Source: Scenedesmus sp. PABB004
Lineage: Eukaryota
Length of the DNA: 64,000 nucleotides
Direction of reading: 5' to 3'
Assembly (NCBI GenBank): GCA_014905635.1
Contig: JABVCE010000035.1
Span: forward strand, 186,001 to 250,000
Both the position numbers and the translations under genes were made by a program. Positions 24,433 to 42,850 of this stretch are shown one piece after another (position 1 is the stretch's first letter; each line of letters opens with the position of its first letter). The notes under the pieces are model-generated. The model had not been told where the DNA came from. It saw nothing but the letters and a program-made list of their open reading frames with translations, and searched no databases.

Positions 24433-27400
24433 TGGCGGCGCCGACATGTCAGCGTGGGCGCGCTTCTGCCTGCACCCCCGCCTCGAGGCGGCGCTCGCGG
24501 CGCGCGGCTTCACGGCGCCGACGCCGATCCAGGACGCGGTGCTGCTGCCGGCCATCCGCGACCGGCGCGACGTGATCGGCGCCGCGCAGACGGGCTCCGG
24601 CAAGACGCTGGCCTTCGGGCTGCCGATCCTCCAGGTGCTGCTGCAGGAGCGCGAGGCGGCGGCCGCCGGCGGCGGGGCCGCCGAGGAGGAGCGCGGCGAC
24701 GGCGGCGACAGCGACGGCGACGGCGAGCAGCGGGCCTCGGTGGCCGGCAGCGGCAGCCGCTCCGGCAAGGCAAGCGGCGGCCCGCTGCGGGCGCTTATCC
24801 TTGCGCCCACGCGCGAGCTGGCGCTGCAGGTGCGGTGCGGGGGCTCTGGCGAGGCTCGCGCGCGCGTCGCAGCACCCAGCGGCACCCGAGCTGCCCCCCT
24901 TGCTCGCGCCGCCGCGCACTCACGCCGCCGCTGCCGCCGGCGGCGCGCAGGTGTGCGAGCACCTGCAGGCGCTCGCGACGCCGCTCGGCCTCCGCGTCGC
25001 CGCGCTCGTCGGCGGCATCGCGCCGGTGAAGCAGGAGCGCCTGCTGCGCGCGTCGCCGCCGGTCGTCGTCGCGACGCCGGGGCGGCTGTGGGACCTCATC
25101 CGCCACGGCCACGCGCACGTGGCCAACCTGGAGGCGCTGAGCTTCTTCGTGTTGGATGAGGCGGACCGCATGGTGCAGCAGGTGCGCACGGCGCCGCGCG
25201 GCCGACCGGCGGCCAGACCTGCGCGTGCCGGCGGCGGGGCCGGCGCGGGCGTGCCGGGGTGCCGGCTGCGCGCGCCGCGCCGCGCGCTCACGCGCGCCGC
25301 CGCCGCCGCCGCGCGCCCTGGGGGCGGCCGGCGCCAGGGTCACTACCAGGAGCTTGGGAACATCCTGGAGCTGCTGCCCACGCCGCAGCGCGCGGCCGAG
25401 GCGGCGGCCGCGGCCGCGGCCGAGGCGGCGGAGGCCGCTGCGCTGGACGCGGCGGCGGCGGCGCAGGCGGCCAAGCTCGCCCGCCGCGGGCGCCGCGGCG
25501 CGGGGGGCAGCGGGTCGGACGGCGAGGAGGAGGGCGAGGAGGAGGGTGAGGAGGAGGGCGAGGACGGCGGCAGCGACGGCGGCAGCGACGCGGCGGACGA
25601 CGCGCACGCAGCCGCGGACGCCGGCTTCGTCGCCGGGCAGCCGGCCGGCGCGCGGCGCCACCTGCTGCAGACGTTTGTGTTTTCTGCCACACTCACGCTG
25701 CCCGCGGCACTTCACAAGCGGCTGCGCCGCGGCGGCGGCGGCTCCAGCGGCGCGGCATCGCTCGAGAGCCTCATGGACCGGTGAGCCCGCCGCCGCCGCC
25801 GCCGCCGCGCGCCCGGGCGGGCCGCCCGCGCCGCGCCGCGCGCCGGCCGGCCCGCCGCCGCGGCCCGACGCGCTGAGCCGCCGCGCCGCGCCGCGCCCCT
25901 CCGCTGTGCCGCGCCGCGTGCGCGGCCGCCAGGCTGGCCTTCCGCGAGCGCCCGGCGATCGTCGACCTCTCGCCCTCGGGGCAGCTCGCGGCGCGCGTGA
26001 CCGAGGGCGTGCTGACCACGCTCGAGGCGGAGCGCGACGCGACGCTGTACTACGTGCTCGCACGCCACCCCGGCCGCGCGCTGGTGCGCGCCGCGCCGCG
26101 CCGCTCGCGGGCGGCCCGGCCCGGCGCCGCGCGCGCTGAGCGCCGCGCCGCCTCGGCGCAGGTCTTTGTCAACGCCGTGTCGGCGGTGCGCCGCGTCGCG
26201 GCGCTGCTGCAGCTGCTCGGCCTGCCCGCGGCCGCGCTGCACGCGCAGCAGCAGCAGCGCCAGCGCCTGCGCTCGCTCGACCGCTTCCGGTCGCACCCGC
26301 ACGGCGTGCTGGTCGCGACCGACGTCGCGGCGCGCGGCCTCGACATCACCGACGTCCAGGCGCGTGCTGCCCCGGCCCCGGACCCGCCGCCGCCGCCGCC
26401 GCTGCCGCCGGCCCCGCGGCGCCGCCTGCTTTTGCACGGCCCGCGCGTCGGCCCTCAACCCCAGACACCCGCCAGCTTCGGCTCGCTGCCAGCTGACGCG
26501 CGGCGCGCCCGCTCCGCCCCGCCCTGCCGCTGCCCCAGATCGTGGTCCACTACCAGCTCCCCGCCTCGGCAGACACCTACATCCACCGCAGCGGCCGCAC
26601 CGCGCGCACCGGCGGCAGCGACGGCGTCGTGCTGGTGCGCCCGGCCGCCCCGCGCGCGCGCGCGCGTGCCCGCCTGTGTGCGGCGCGCGCCGCGGGGGCA
26701 GCTGCGGCCGCGCGCCGCGCCGCCGCCTTGTGCCGAAAGCCAACCGCCGCCGCCGCCGCCCCGTGCCGTCAGGCCATGGTGACGCCGAGCGACGCGTCGC
26801 GCTGGTCGGCGCTGCGCCACGCGCTCGAGGGCCAGGCGGCGCCGCCGCCGTTCCCGGTGGACGACCGGCTGCTGGGCGCGGCGAAGCAGCGCGTCGCGCT
26901 CGCAGCCAAGGTGCGCGCCGCGGCGCCGGGCCAACGGCAGCGGGCGCTGGCGAGGGGCCTCACTCATGGCCGCGCCGCCGCCGCCGCGGCCGCAGATCGA
27001 CGCGGTGCAGCGCCAGGACCGCAAGCAGCACGCCGAGGCGGCGTGGGCGCGCAGCAACGCCGCCGCGCTGGGGATCGACCTGTCGGACGGCGAGCTGGAG
27101 GACGAGGGCCTCACCGACCTGCAGCACACGGCCGTCGCGGCGGCCGACGCCGTCGCGGGCGGCGGGCGCGGCCGCCGCGCTGCGCGCAAACAGGCCAAGC
27201 TCGCCGCGGCGGCGGCGGGCGCGGACCGCGACTCGCAGGCCGCGCAGGCGCGCGTGCGGTCGGCGGGGCAGCTCGCGGGCGCGCTGGGCGCGCTGCAACG
27301 CGAGCTCGCCGCCCTGCTCGCGACGCCGCTGCAGCCGAGCATCAGCCACAAGTTCTTCGCCGGCGGCGTGTCGCGCGCCGCCGCCGCGGCGGCCGCCGCG

Positions 27401-27607
27401 GACGCGGCGGCGGCCGGCGGCGACGCCGGCGAGGGCGCGCCGCCGTCGCTGCTGCCGGCGGACGCGATCGCGCAGACGGTGCAGCTCGCGTCGCGCCTGA
27501 GCGCGAGCCGCGCCGGCCACGTCGCGGCGGCCGGTGGCACGGGCGGCAGCGCCGCGGGCGCGCCCGCCGCGGCGCCGGCGGCCGCCGGCGGCAAGCGGGC
27601 GGGCAGG

Positions 27608-27638
<31 letters not shown>

Positions 27639-27922
27639 ACGCCAAGGCGCGCCGCCAGGCCGCCGCGCTCGCGCGCGAGGCCGCCGCGCGCGGCGGCGTG
27701 CTCAAGGGCGGCGGGCTGCCGCGCAAGGGCGGCAAGGGCGGCAAGCGCGGCGGCGCGACGCCGCAGGCGGCGGCGCTCGCGCGCCTGCTGCAGTCGCGCA
27801 ACGAGCTCAAGCGCCAGAAGCGCCAGCGCGGCATGGTTGTCGTGCGGCCGGGCGCGGGCGGCGCGTTCGGGCGCGACGCGCTCGGCGCGTCGGCGCTGGA
27901 CGTGCTCAATGCCGGCCGCTAG
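23435..27922 (+). CDS. DDX24: DEAD-box RNA helicase DDX24/Mak5 (plant RH13-like), about 10 exons
   Basis: GFTAPTPIQ (Q motif), [78 protein letters not shown]-terminal EEGGFAGLE and the [11 protein letters not shown] tail are typical of Mak5/DDX24. Confidence 0.92.
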
Positions 27923-28239
27923 CGCGGCGCGGCGCAAGGCGCGGCGGCGCGAGGCCGCGCAGGGCGTCGACGGCGGGAGGGCTCGGCGCGACTGAAGCGC
28001 GCGACGCGGCTGGCGGGATCATTGTTGTTTGTTGGGCGCACTGCTGGTCCCACGTAACCGGCAACCACTGCGCGCCGCGCCAGCACGCGGGCAGTTCTCG
28101 TGCTACTCCCGCCACTGCTGCCGCCGCTGCTGCTGCTGCCGCTCTCCCGCGGCCTGCCGACCGTGTCTTTGCCCCCTGACCTCGGAGCAGCTCTTTCTTC
28201 GCGCATCCCGCCGGCGGGGGAGAGGCAGCGGCGGCCGCG

Positions 28240-29700
28240 ATGGCGCGGGGGCTGCGATTGCCCCCGGCCGTGCTGCTCGGGCTCGCCCAGCGCGCCCGCG
28301 CCGCGCTGCTGGCGGGAGGAGCGTCACAGCAGTCGCCACCTCACGCGCTGGCGAGCGTGCGGGGCCTGGCCGCCACGGTGCGCCGAGCGACAGGGGCGCG
28401 CGGCGGCGGCCGTCGCTGCTGCCAGCGCGCCGCCCACCCGCGCGCCGCGCCCGCTGCCTGACCCACCCAGGCGGGCGCCGGCAAGACAGCCATCCTGGCG
28501 GCCTGCGTGCTTGAGCGGCTGCCGGTGCGGGCCACCTGCGCGGCGCCGAGCCAGCGGTGGCGGGACGCGTGCGGCCACCGGCAGCCGACCCTGGCCCCGC
28601 CACCGCCGCCGCCGCGGCGCAGATCGTCAAGTCGCCGCCGCCGGCGTGGGAGGCGGAGTACCGCGCCTGGACGCAGCTGCGGCAGGCGCAGGAGGGGCAG
28701 CTCAAGCGCTACCCGGCGCTGGTGCGGCGACGGCGGCGGCTGCGCCCGCACAGCAGCGGCAGCGGTGAAAGCGGCAGCGGCACCAGCAGCGGCGGCGGCT
28801 CCTGCTCACGGCGCGCGGCGCGCGTGCCGCGCCGCAGGAGCGCAAGCAGAAGAGCCGGGAGGACGGCGACAAGGGCGCGCCAGAGCCGGTGCCGACGGCC
28901 ACGAGAGCGGACGCCAGCGGCGACGCGAGGTGTGCGCGGCACCCGCGGCGGCTGCGGGCGACGTAGCCGCGCCGGTGCGCGGCGGCGCCTGCGTGCGCGC
29001 GCACTCATCACGGCCACCGCCGCGCTGCGCCGCGCCGCCGCGCAGCACGATGAAGCGTCGGCTGGCGGACAAGCTGGTGCTGCTGATCAGGGCGCGGCAG
29101 GACCCGTCGGCCGCAGCGGCGGCGGGCGGCGGCGCCGGCGCGGCCGGCAGCGGCGGCGGCGGCGGCGTGTGGACGTTCCCCGCCGCGGCGCACGCGGAGG
29201 GCGAGACGATCCGCCAGACGGCGGAGCGCGCGCTGCGGGAGGCGATCGGTCCCTCGCAGGCGCGCGCGCGGGCGCGGAAGCGCGGCGGGCCCCTGCCGAG
29301 CCAGCCGGCGGGGTGCGGCGCGCTGCGTGGCGGCGGCGGGCGCTCAGCCTCGCCTTGACGCGCCGCGCCGCAGGTCTACTTTGTTGGCAATGCCCCGATG
29401 GCGCACCTCGACGTCGGCGGCAGCGGCAACGACGCCGACGGCGGCGACGGCGACAGCGCGAGCGCGAGCGGCGGCGGCGGCGCGGAGCCCGCAGGCGCGG
29501 GCGCGGGCGGCGGCGGCCGGCGGGGGCGGCGGCGGCCGGCGGCGCGCGTGTTTTACCACCTCGCCACCGTCGTGAACGACCCCTGGGACGTGTCGCTCGA
29601 CGACGCGGCGGGGTCGGAGCACGCGTGGGTGTCGGTCGAGGAGCTGCCGGAGTACATCGACGACCCGGCGCTGCTCGAGCTCGCGCGCCGCATGCTGTGA
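28240..29700 (+). CDS. MRPL46: Mitochondrial ribosomal protein mL46 (MRPL46), 6 exons
   Basis: [38 protein letters not shown]....[13 protein letters not shown] (Nudix-like), [24 protein letters not shown]-terminus resembles a mitochondrial presequence. Confidence 0.85.
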
Positions 29701-29785
29701 TGCGCTGCGGGCGCCGCAGCCCTGCGGCCCGCGCCCGCCGCCCGCGCCGCGCCGCCGCCGCGAGGCGCGCGCCCTCTCGATGGAT

Positions 29786-29803
29786 TGTAAGCCATGAATT
29801 ACA
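29786..29803. terminator. Back-to-back TGTAA polyadenylation signals for convergent MRPL46 (+, 29786-29790) and succinyl-CoA ligase alpha (-, 29799-29803)
   Basis: Sequence TGTAAgccatgaaTTACA lies between the two stop codons. TGTAA is the established chlorophycean poly(A) signal. Confidence 0.6.
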
Positions 29804-29931
29804 GCGCGCGTGTGGCGCCCCCGCCGCCCGCCGGCCGGCCAGGCAGCCGGCCCCGGTGCGCGGGCCAGCCCCCCCTTCCCCCCGCCCGCGGCGGGCCGCC
29901 CTCCAGCTCAACCCGCGCTCCTCCAAAGCCC

Positions 29932-32157
29932 TCACGAGAGCAGGCCGCGCTCCTGCATGACGCGCTTCATCGTCGCGCCCATCTGGGCGGGGCTCTGGCT
30001 GATCGTGACGCCCGCGGCCTGCAGCGCCTCGATCTTGTCGCTCGCCTTGCCCTTGCCGCCGCTGATGATCGCGCCCGCGTGGCCCATGCGCCGCCCCGGC
30101 GGCGCCGTCAGGCCTGCGCGGCGCGGCGACGCGCGGCGCGCGGCGGTCGGCGAGAGCGCGCCTGGGCAGCCGGCGGAGCCCCCCGTGCCGGCCCAGCGCC
30201 CCGAACGCCGTGCCGCGCCGTGCCGTGCCGCGCCGTGCCGCGCCGTGCTGCGCCGTGCCGCGCCGTGCTGCGCGTGCGCCGCGCGGCGCACCGGCAATGA
30301 ACGACACCACCGGCTTCTTGGTGCCGCTCGCGGTGATGAACGCGGCGGCCTCCTCCTCCGCGGTGCCGCCGATCTCGCCGATCATGATGATGCCCTCCGT
30401 CTGCGGCGCGCGCGGGGTTTAGCGCCGGCGCGCGGGCGGCAGGGTTTAAGGGCGGCGGCCGGGCCGGCGGACGGGGGCGGCTGGGGCGGCCGGCTGGCCC
30501 TGCTGCGCGGCGCCGGGCGGCCTGCCTGCGCGGCGAGGCGGGCGGGCCGCCGGCGCGCCGCCGCGCCTCTCCTCTCCCTGCGCCCCCTCTCCCCACCCTC
30601 CCCCTCCGGCCCCTCCCCCTCGCCGCGCGCCCTCCTCTCCTCCCCTCTCCGCGCGAGCGCGCGCGCGCGCGCCTGGGGGTCCTTGACGAAGCGCTCGAGG
30701 CAGTCCACAAAGTTGGTGCCGTTGAAGGGGTCGCCGCCGATGCCGACGACCGTGGACTGGCCCAGGCCCTCACTGCTCGTCTGGAAGACCGCCTGCGGGC
30801 CCCGCCCGGCGCGCGCACGCGCGCGCGAGAGCGAGTGAGCGGCGGCAGCACGCGGGGGCACGGCGCGGCCGCCGGCAGCGCTCGGCGGCGCGCGGCGGCG
30901 CTCACCTCGTACGTGAGCGTGCCGGAGCGCGAGACGATGCCGATCTTGCCCGGCTTGTGGATGTAGCCCTGCGGCGCACGCACGCGGCGCGTGTGATCGG
31001 GCGGCCGGAGCTGGCGGCACCCCGCCGCCCGGAGCCTGCCATGCCAGGCCCCCGACGCTCCTAAACCCCCGGCACGCTCCTAAAACCCCGGGGCGCACCG
31101 GCATGATGCCGATCTTGCACTCGCCGGGCTTGATGATGCCGGGGCAGTTGGGCCCGATCAGCCGCGTCTTGCTCTGCTCGCCCAGCTCCTTCTTCACCTT
31201 GACCTGCAGCGGCACACAACAGCACGGCGCGGCGCGGCGCGGCGTCGGCGCCCGCCGTCGCTGCTGCCGTCGGCGCGCGTGCGCCCGGCCGCCGCCGCCG
31301 GCGCCTGCGCTCCCGGCCGCCGCCGGCGCCGCCGCCGCCGCCGCCGCGGCGGGGCGCCCTGCCGCGGCGCAGCCCCCCGGGCGGGCGGCGCCGCCGCGCG
31401 CGGCGCGCCATGTCGTGCTGCGGGATGCCCTCGGTGATGCAGACCACCAGGTCCAGCTCCGCCCGCATCGCCTCGAGGATCGCGGCGGCCGCAAAGGGCG
31501 GGGGCACGTAGATCACGCTCGCGTTGGCCCCCGTCGCGGCCTTGGCCTCGGCGACGGAGTTGAACACGGGCAGGCCGAGGTGCGTCGTGCCGCCCTTCTT
31601 GGGCGTCACGCCGCCGACCATCTGCGTGCCGTACGCGATGGCCTGCGCGCGCGGGCGGGCGGGCGGGCGGGCGGGCGCGCGGGTGAGCGCGCGGCGCGGC
31701 GGCAGCGGACGCCAGCGCAGACGCGGCGCGGCGGCGGCCTCTCTCGATCGCGCGCGCCTGCTCGGTGTGGAAGCTTCCGTTCTTGCCGGTGATGCCCTGG
31801 CAGATGACCTTGGTGTCCTTGTCCACGAACACCGCCGGCGCGGCCGCCTGCGGCGCCGCGGCGCGAAACCTATTGTCAGCCGATCGCCGCGCAGCCGCCG
31901 CGGCGCGCCGGCAGGCGCCCGGCCGCTGGCGGCGTGGCTGCCGGCCGCCCTGCGCCCGCCGGCGCGGCGCGGAGCGCACCGCCGAGAACGCTCGCCACTG
32001 CCCCGCGCCCAGGCCGGTCTGCTCCAGCGCCCCCGCCAGCAGCCTGCGCACGGCGGGGCGTCAGCGGGCCACCCCGACACGGCGCGCGCTCTCCCTCGCG
32101 GGCGCGCGTGATCAGGCGGCGGCGCGCCCACCTGAGCACGCCGCGGCCGGACGCCAT
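29932..32157 (-). CDS. SUCLG1: Succinyl-CoA ligase alpha subunit, mitochondrial, 9 exons
   Basis: [99 protein letters not shown] (phospho-His). Confidence 0.97.
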
Positions 32158-32527
32158 CTCGCCCGCCGCCGCTGCCGCCGCCGGCGCTGCTGCTGCCGCG
32201 CTCGGTGCGCCGGCCTGGGCAGAGAGGCAGCTCCGTGACGCAGATCCGTGCGCGTGGGCAGTGAGCGCTTGAGAGCGCCCGGGCGCGGGCGCGGCGCAGC
32301 AGAGCGGTTTTTTGGCGCGGTGCAGGGGTTTGGGGCGTGCTGTGCCTGTGCGCGCGCCTCCAACACCACACCCGCTGGCACCCCTCACCCAACCCACCCC
32401 GCCGCTGGCCGCGGCCGCCGCCACCGCCTGCGCAGCAGCTGCCGCCGCCGCCCAGAGCGCCGCCGCCGCCGCCGCCTCCCGTGCCGCGGCCCTCCCCGCG
32501 TCGCGCAGCGGAGGTGGGGGCCGCCGC

Positions 32528-35500
32528 ATGGAGGGCGGCAAGCGCACCGCCGAGGAGGCGGGGCTGGGCGATGGCGGGCCGCCCTCGAAATCGTTCAGGA
32601 TTGACGGTGCGGCGCCCCGCACGGCCGCGCATGGAGCGCAGCGGCGGCCGGGGGCGCGGCGGGCGGCGGGAGCGCGCGGCGAGGCGCGGCGGGGGGGCTG
32701 AGGGCCGCGGGATTGCTCCGCAGACTTTGTGGAGGCCATGGACCCCTCCGTCCGCATCAAGCTCCGCTCCATGCTCGACGACGGCGTGGTAGGCGTCCTG
32801 CCGCCCCGGCGGCGTGATCGGCGCGCCGCGCCGCGCCGGCCAGCGGCGGCGCAGCAGCGGGCGCGCTGCTGCTGCTGTCCCTGCCGCGCCGCGTGCAACT
32901 GGGCGGCCGCGCCCGCGCGCCGCGCGCCGCGCCACTCGCACCCCCGCGCGTCGCGGCACCCCGTCGCGGCCGCGAACGCCCGCCGCCCGCGCAGCGCGCG
33001 CGCCGCGCTCCCCCGCGCGCCGCGCTCGCCGCGCTCGCCGCGCTCGCCGCCGCGCGACCGCGCGACCGACCGGCCGCCGCCCGCCCGGCCGGCGCCGCGC
33101 GTCGCCCGCGGCCCCCGCGTCGCGCGCTCCCGCGCCGCAGCTGCTCCCGACCGACCTGGACGAGCGCAATGCGGAGGACCTGAAAGCGTTTGACGCAGCG
33201 GTGGCGCTGGAGATCCTTGAGCACTACAGCGCCGTTGATTTCAGCGCCGTGCGCAACCGCCGCGCGTACCTCGCGGGTGCGGCGCCCCGCCGCCCGCGCC
33301 GCCCGCCGCCGTTCCCGCCGGCGCGACACCGCGGGCCGCCGGCACCCCGCGCACGGCCGCCCGCCGCGGCCGCACGCTCGCCGCCCCGCGCGGCCGGCCG
33401 GCACCCGCTCGCCGCCCGGCCGCCGCGCGCGCCGCCCGCGCGCCACCCGCGCGCGCCGCGCCACCCGCCGCGCCCGCCAGGCTGCATCCGGCGCAAGGCG
33501 CACCTCGCGCAGCAGCCGGCCATGCACCCGGACGTGGAGCGCCGCGTCGCGCAGCTCAAGGCCGCGGGTGCGCCGGGCCGCCCGCCGCCGCCGCCGCCCC
33601 GCCGCCGCCGCGGCCGCCGCCGCCGCGCGGCGCGAGGGCTCTCGCCGCATGCGCGCAGCCAGCCCGCCGAGCGCCCGGCCCGCGGCGCCGCGGCCGCCGC
33701 CGCCGCTGCCCGTGCAGGCAAGATCCGCGAGGGCGACCTGGACAAGCGCTGCATGGAGGTGCTGGGCAGCATGCACCCCGCGCGCGCGCTGGAGTGCCTC
33801 GACAAGTGCGCCGCCCGCCCGCCCCGCCGCTTGCGCGCGCGCGCTCTGTCTCCCTAGGCCCGCGCCCGCGCGCCCGCGCATTGCGCGATGTGCCCGCCGT
33901 CTGCCGCCGCGCGCGGGCCGCGCCGAGACGCCTCCCGGCCCCGCCCCCCGCCCCGCGGCCCGCAGGTACGCGGCCAAAGACCTCACCGACGTGCGCAAGC
34001 CGGCCGCGCTGTTCATGTCCATTGCCAAGCAGATTGACGCCGGCGCGCTCGGGCCGCCCATGCCGCACCACCTGCGCCCCGGCGCCGGCCCGCCCGAGCC
34101 GCCGCCCTACTGGGAGCGCCCGCGCGGCGGCGACTGGTACGACGACCCCTACGGCCCGCCGCCGCTGCGCGACCGGGGCCGTACGGCCCGCCGCCGCCGC
34201 GCGGCGGCGGCTACGGGCCGCCGCCGCCGCACGACCCCTACGACCCGCGCGGCCCGCCGCCGCCGGGTACGGCCGCGACGGCCCCGGCGGTTATGGCCCG
34301 CCGCCGCCGCACGCGTACGACCCGCGCGGCCCGCCGCCGGGGCGCGGCCCGCCCGGCAGCGACGGCTACGGCCCGCCCGCGGTCATCGCCGCCGCGCCGC
34401 CCGGCGCGGCGCTGCTCGCGCCGGGCGCGGTGCTGCCGCCAGGCGTGCAGGTCGCGTACGCCGGCGCGGCGCCGCAGCAGTATGTGCTCGCGCCCGGCGG
34501 CCTGCTGACCGCCGCGCCGGTCGGCGCGACCATCATCGGCGCCGCGTCCGGCGGCTACGGCGCGGTGCGTGCTGTGCGCTGCGCGCGGCCGCCCGCCGCG
34601 TGCCCCGCGCCTTGCCATGCACCCTGCCGCTCACCCCGCGCGCCGCCGCGCGCCCCGCGTGCCCCGCGCGCCCCGCGCCGCAGCCGCCGCCGCTGCCGCC
34701 GCCCACGGGCGGCGTGCCCGCCGATTGGGCGGCCGGGCGCCGGCAGTACGGCGCTGACCAGGCGCAGGCGGGCGTGCGCGTCGGCGAGTTCCACGGGCTC
34801 TCGCCGTTTGCGATCTACGTCCACCCCTCGCCCTCGCTCAAGCTGCAGCAGCTCTGGGACAGCGGCAACGAGCTGGTGCGCGCCGCCGCGCCGCCGCGCG
34901 GCCCTCGCGCGCGCGCCGCCGCCCCGCCCCCTCGCCTCGCACCCACCGCTCGCACACGCGCCGCCCACACACACCCACGCCTCCCACACACGCACGCCTG
35001 TCACCCACCCACACACACTCCTCACACCCACCCACCCACACGCACGCCTCACACACCCACACCCACACGCACGCCTCACACACCCACACCCACACGTCCA
35101 CACGCCTCACACCCACCCACCCACACGCCTCACACCCACCCACCCACACGCCTCACACCCACCCACACACACCAACTCACACCCACACACACCCACACAC
35201 ACCCACGCGCAGGTCTCCATGCTCGACGACAAGGTCTGGCAGGTCCTCGCCGAGCTGCGCGCGCCCGAGGCGCTCGAGGTCATCGACGAGGCCGCCGCGG
35301 CGGTGGCCAACCCGCACAGCGGCATCCGCAACGTCAACGCCTACTTCATGGTGCGGACGGCGCGGCGCGGCGCGGGGCGCATTGCAGGGGCGGGGACGGG
35401 GCCGCGGCAGGGCGGCGGGCAGGCGCGGCGGGGGCGGCGTTTTTGCTGCCAAGGCGGCGCGGCAGGCGCGCTGCGGCACTCCAGCGCCCCAGCGCCGCCC

Positions 35501-36212
35501 GCCGCCGCGCCGCGCCTCGTCTGCGCCCGCCGCAGTCGGTGGTCAAGAAGTTTGTCCCCTCCATGGCCGTGCGCGGCGACCCGGGCGGCCTCGTGCCGCC
35601 GCCGGGTGGCGGCTACGGCGCGCCGCCGCCGCCGCGCGCGTACGACCCGCCCCCGAGGTGCGCGAGCGCGCCGCCGCTGCGCGCGGCGCGCCCGGCGTCG
35701 CTCGCTGTGTGTCGGGCTTGTTGGTGTTTGGGGTCGAACCAAACCCCAACCCGCCCCCGCCGCAGGTACGATGACTACCGGGAGCCGCCGCGGGGCCCGC
35801 CGCCGCCGCCGTACGGCGGCGGCGGCGGCGGCTACGGCGGCGGCTACGGCGACCGCGGCGGCGGCTACGGCGGCGGCTACGGCGACCGCGGCTACGGCCC
35901 GCCGCCCGGGGGCCCGCCCCCGCGGGCGGCGGCGGCGGTGGCAGCAGCGGCGCGACCGCGCTGCCGGGGCTGCCGGCCGACCTGCGGTCGCGCGCGGAGG
36001 CGCTCGTGCGCGACCACGCGCCGCTGCTGCGCGAGGAGCACTTTGACGAGGGCGTGTGCGAGAACCTGAAGCGCCTGCCCCACGCCGACGCGGTCGCGGT
36101 GCTCGGCGAGCTCGCGACCAACAGCATGGCCGGCGTGCGCAACCTGCCAGCGTACATCATGGGCATCGTGCGCCGCTACCAGCGCGGCGAGCGCGAGCGC
36201 GTGCCCTACTGA
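32528..36212 (+). CDS. Protein with four hnRNP Q/R acidic (AcD/NURR)-like helical domains and Pro/Gly/Tyr-rich low-complexity linkers; apparent 1-nt frameshifts near 34180, 34267 and 35925
   Basis: Repeats [105 protein letters not shown]...[51 protein letters not shown]. These resemble hnRNP Q LDERAIEALKEF...ALAVL....DLSHVQNKSAFLCG. TGTAA at 36354. Confidence 0.75.
34965..35206 (+). repeat. Degenerate CA/CCCA-rich microsatellite in an intron
   Basis: Runs of cacacccacac and acgcctcacac over about 240 bp. Confidence 0.85.
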
Positions 36213-36814
36213 GGCTGAGCCGGCGCGGCGCGGCGCGGCGCGGCGCGCGTTTTTGACGGCCGGGGCGGCGCGGCGCGGCACCTGGAGGCGCCCGAGCGGC
36301 GCGCACGTGCAGAGGCGCGAGTCGTGGCGGCCGCGCGGCTGACCGGGAGCGAGTGTAACTCGTCGGCGGACCGCGAGTGTCGGCGGCGTGCTGCGGGCCG
36401 CCCGGTGGGACAGCGCTGTCAGCAGCGTGCTCGAGCGCGGCGGGCGGCGTCGGGCGCGCCGTCGGCGGGGCCGCGCCGTTCACAGGGCGCGCCGCCCGCC
36501 AGGGCTGCCCGCCGCGCCGCTCCGAGGCGCGGCCGCTCTCTAGGAGCCAGCAGCCGCGCAGGCCTGCTGCCGGCAAGTCCCCCTGTTCCCTACTCCCGTC
36601 GTCATGGCCCGAAAGGTCACGCTGCCGCGGCAAGCCCCTCCGCCGCCGGGCCGTCCGCCCCGCCGCGCGCCACTCAGGCTACGGCCGCCCTCGCCGACCG
36701 ACGCGACGCGCATAGATACCGCCCCGCGCGGCGCACGCCGCGCACGCTGCTGCAGCCCCCCCCCCTCCGCCGCCCGCGCGCTCCCCTCTCGGCGCGCGCG
36801 TGCCGCACCACCGC

Positions 36815-42193
<5,379 letters not shown>

Positions 42194-42850
42194 GGCGAGC
42201 CTCGGCGCCGAGCGGCTGCTGCTGCTGCAACTGAAGGGCCCACTGGAGCCTCTCGCCGCGGGCCCCGCGGCAGCGGGTTGGCTGGTCTGACCACCGCGGA
42301 CGCGGGGGCGCGGCCGAGCGGGGCGCAGCAGCAGCGCAGGAGGCGCGGGGCGGCTTAACGTTACAGCAGATGTCCGCCGGGCGCGCCGCGTGCGCAGCGG
42401 GCGAGCGCCGCGCACAGCTCGCCTGGCGCGCCGATCGACGCACGCCACCGCGATCACGCACGCCGCGCAGGCAGGCGGGCGCAGCAGCCGCCGCCCACCG
42501 CGAGGCAGCAGGCCGCTCGGCGCAGGTGGGCTTGTCCGGCGTGACGGGAGGTCGGCCGATCGTGCAATCGGGCCGCCCCAGGCGCCGCAGGCCGCGGGGC
42601 GCCCGCACAGCAGCAGCAGGGCCCAATCAAAGGCCGGCCCGCAGCAGCACGGCCGCCCGGGCGCCCGGCAGCGGCGCCGGGCGCGCTCCGCAGCGGGTCA
42701 AGGTCGCAGGGTGGCGCCTGGCGCCGCCAGCCGCCGCCCCGCCCCGCCGCGCCGCGCCGGCCGGCCGCCGACGCGCTGCTGCCCGCGCTGCCCCGCCGCG
42801 CCGCGCAGCAAGCAGCCGGCGGCGCAGAGGCACCAGCGGGGCTGGCAGCC

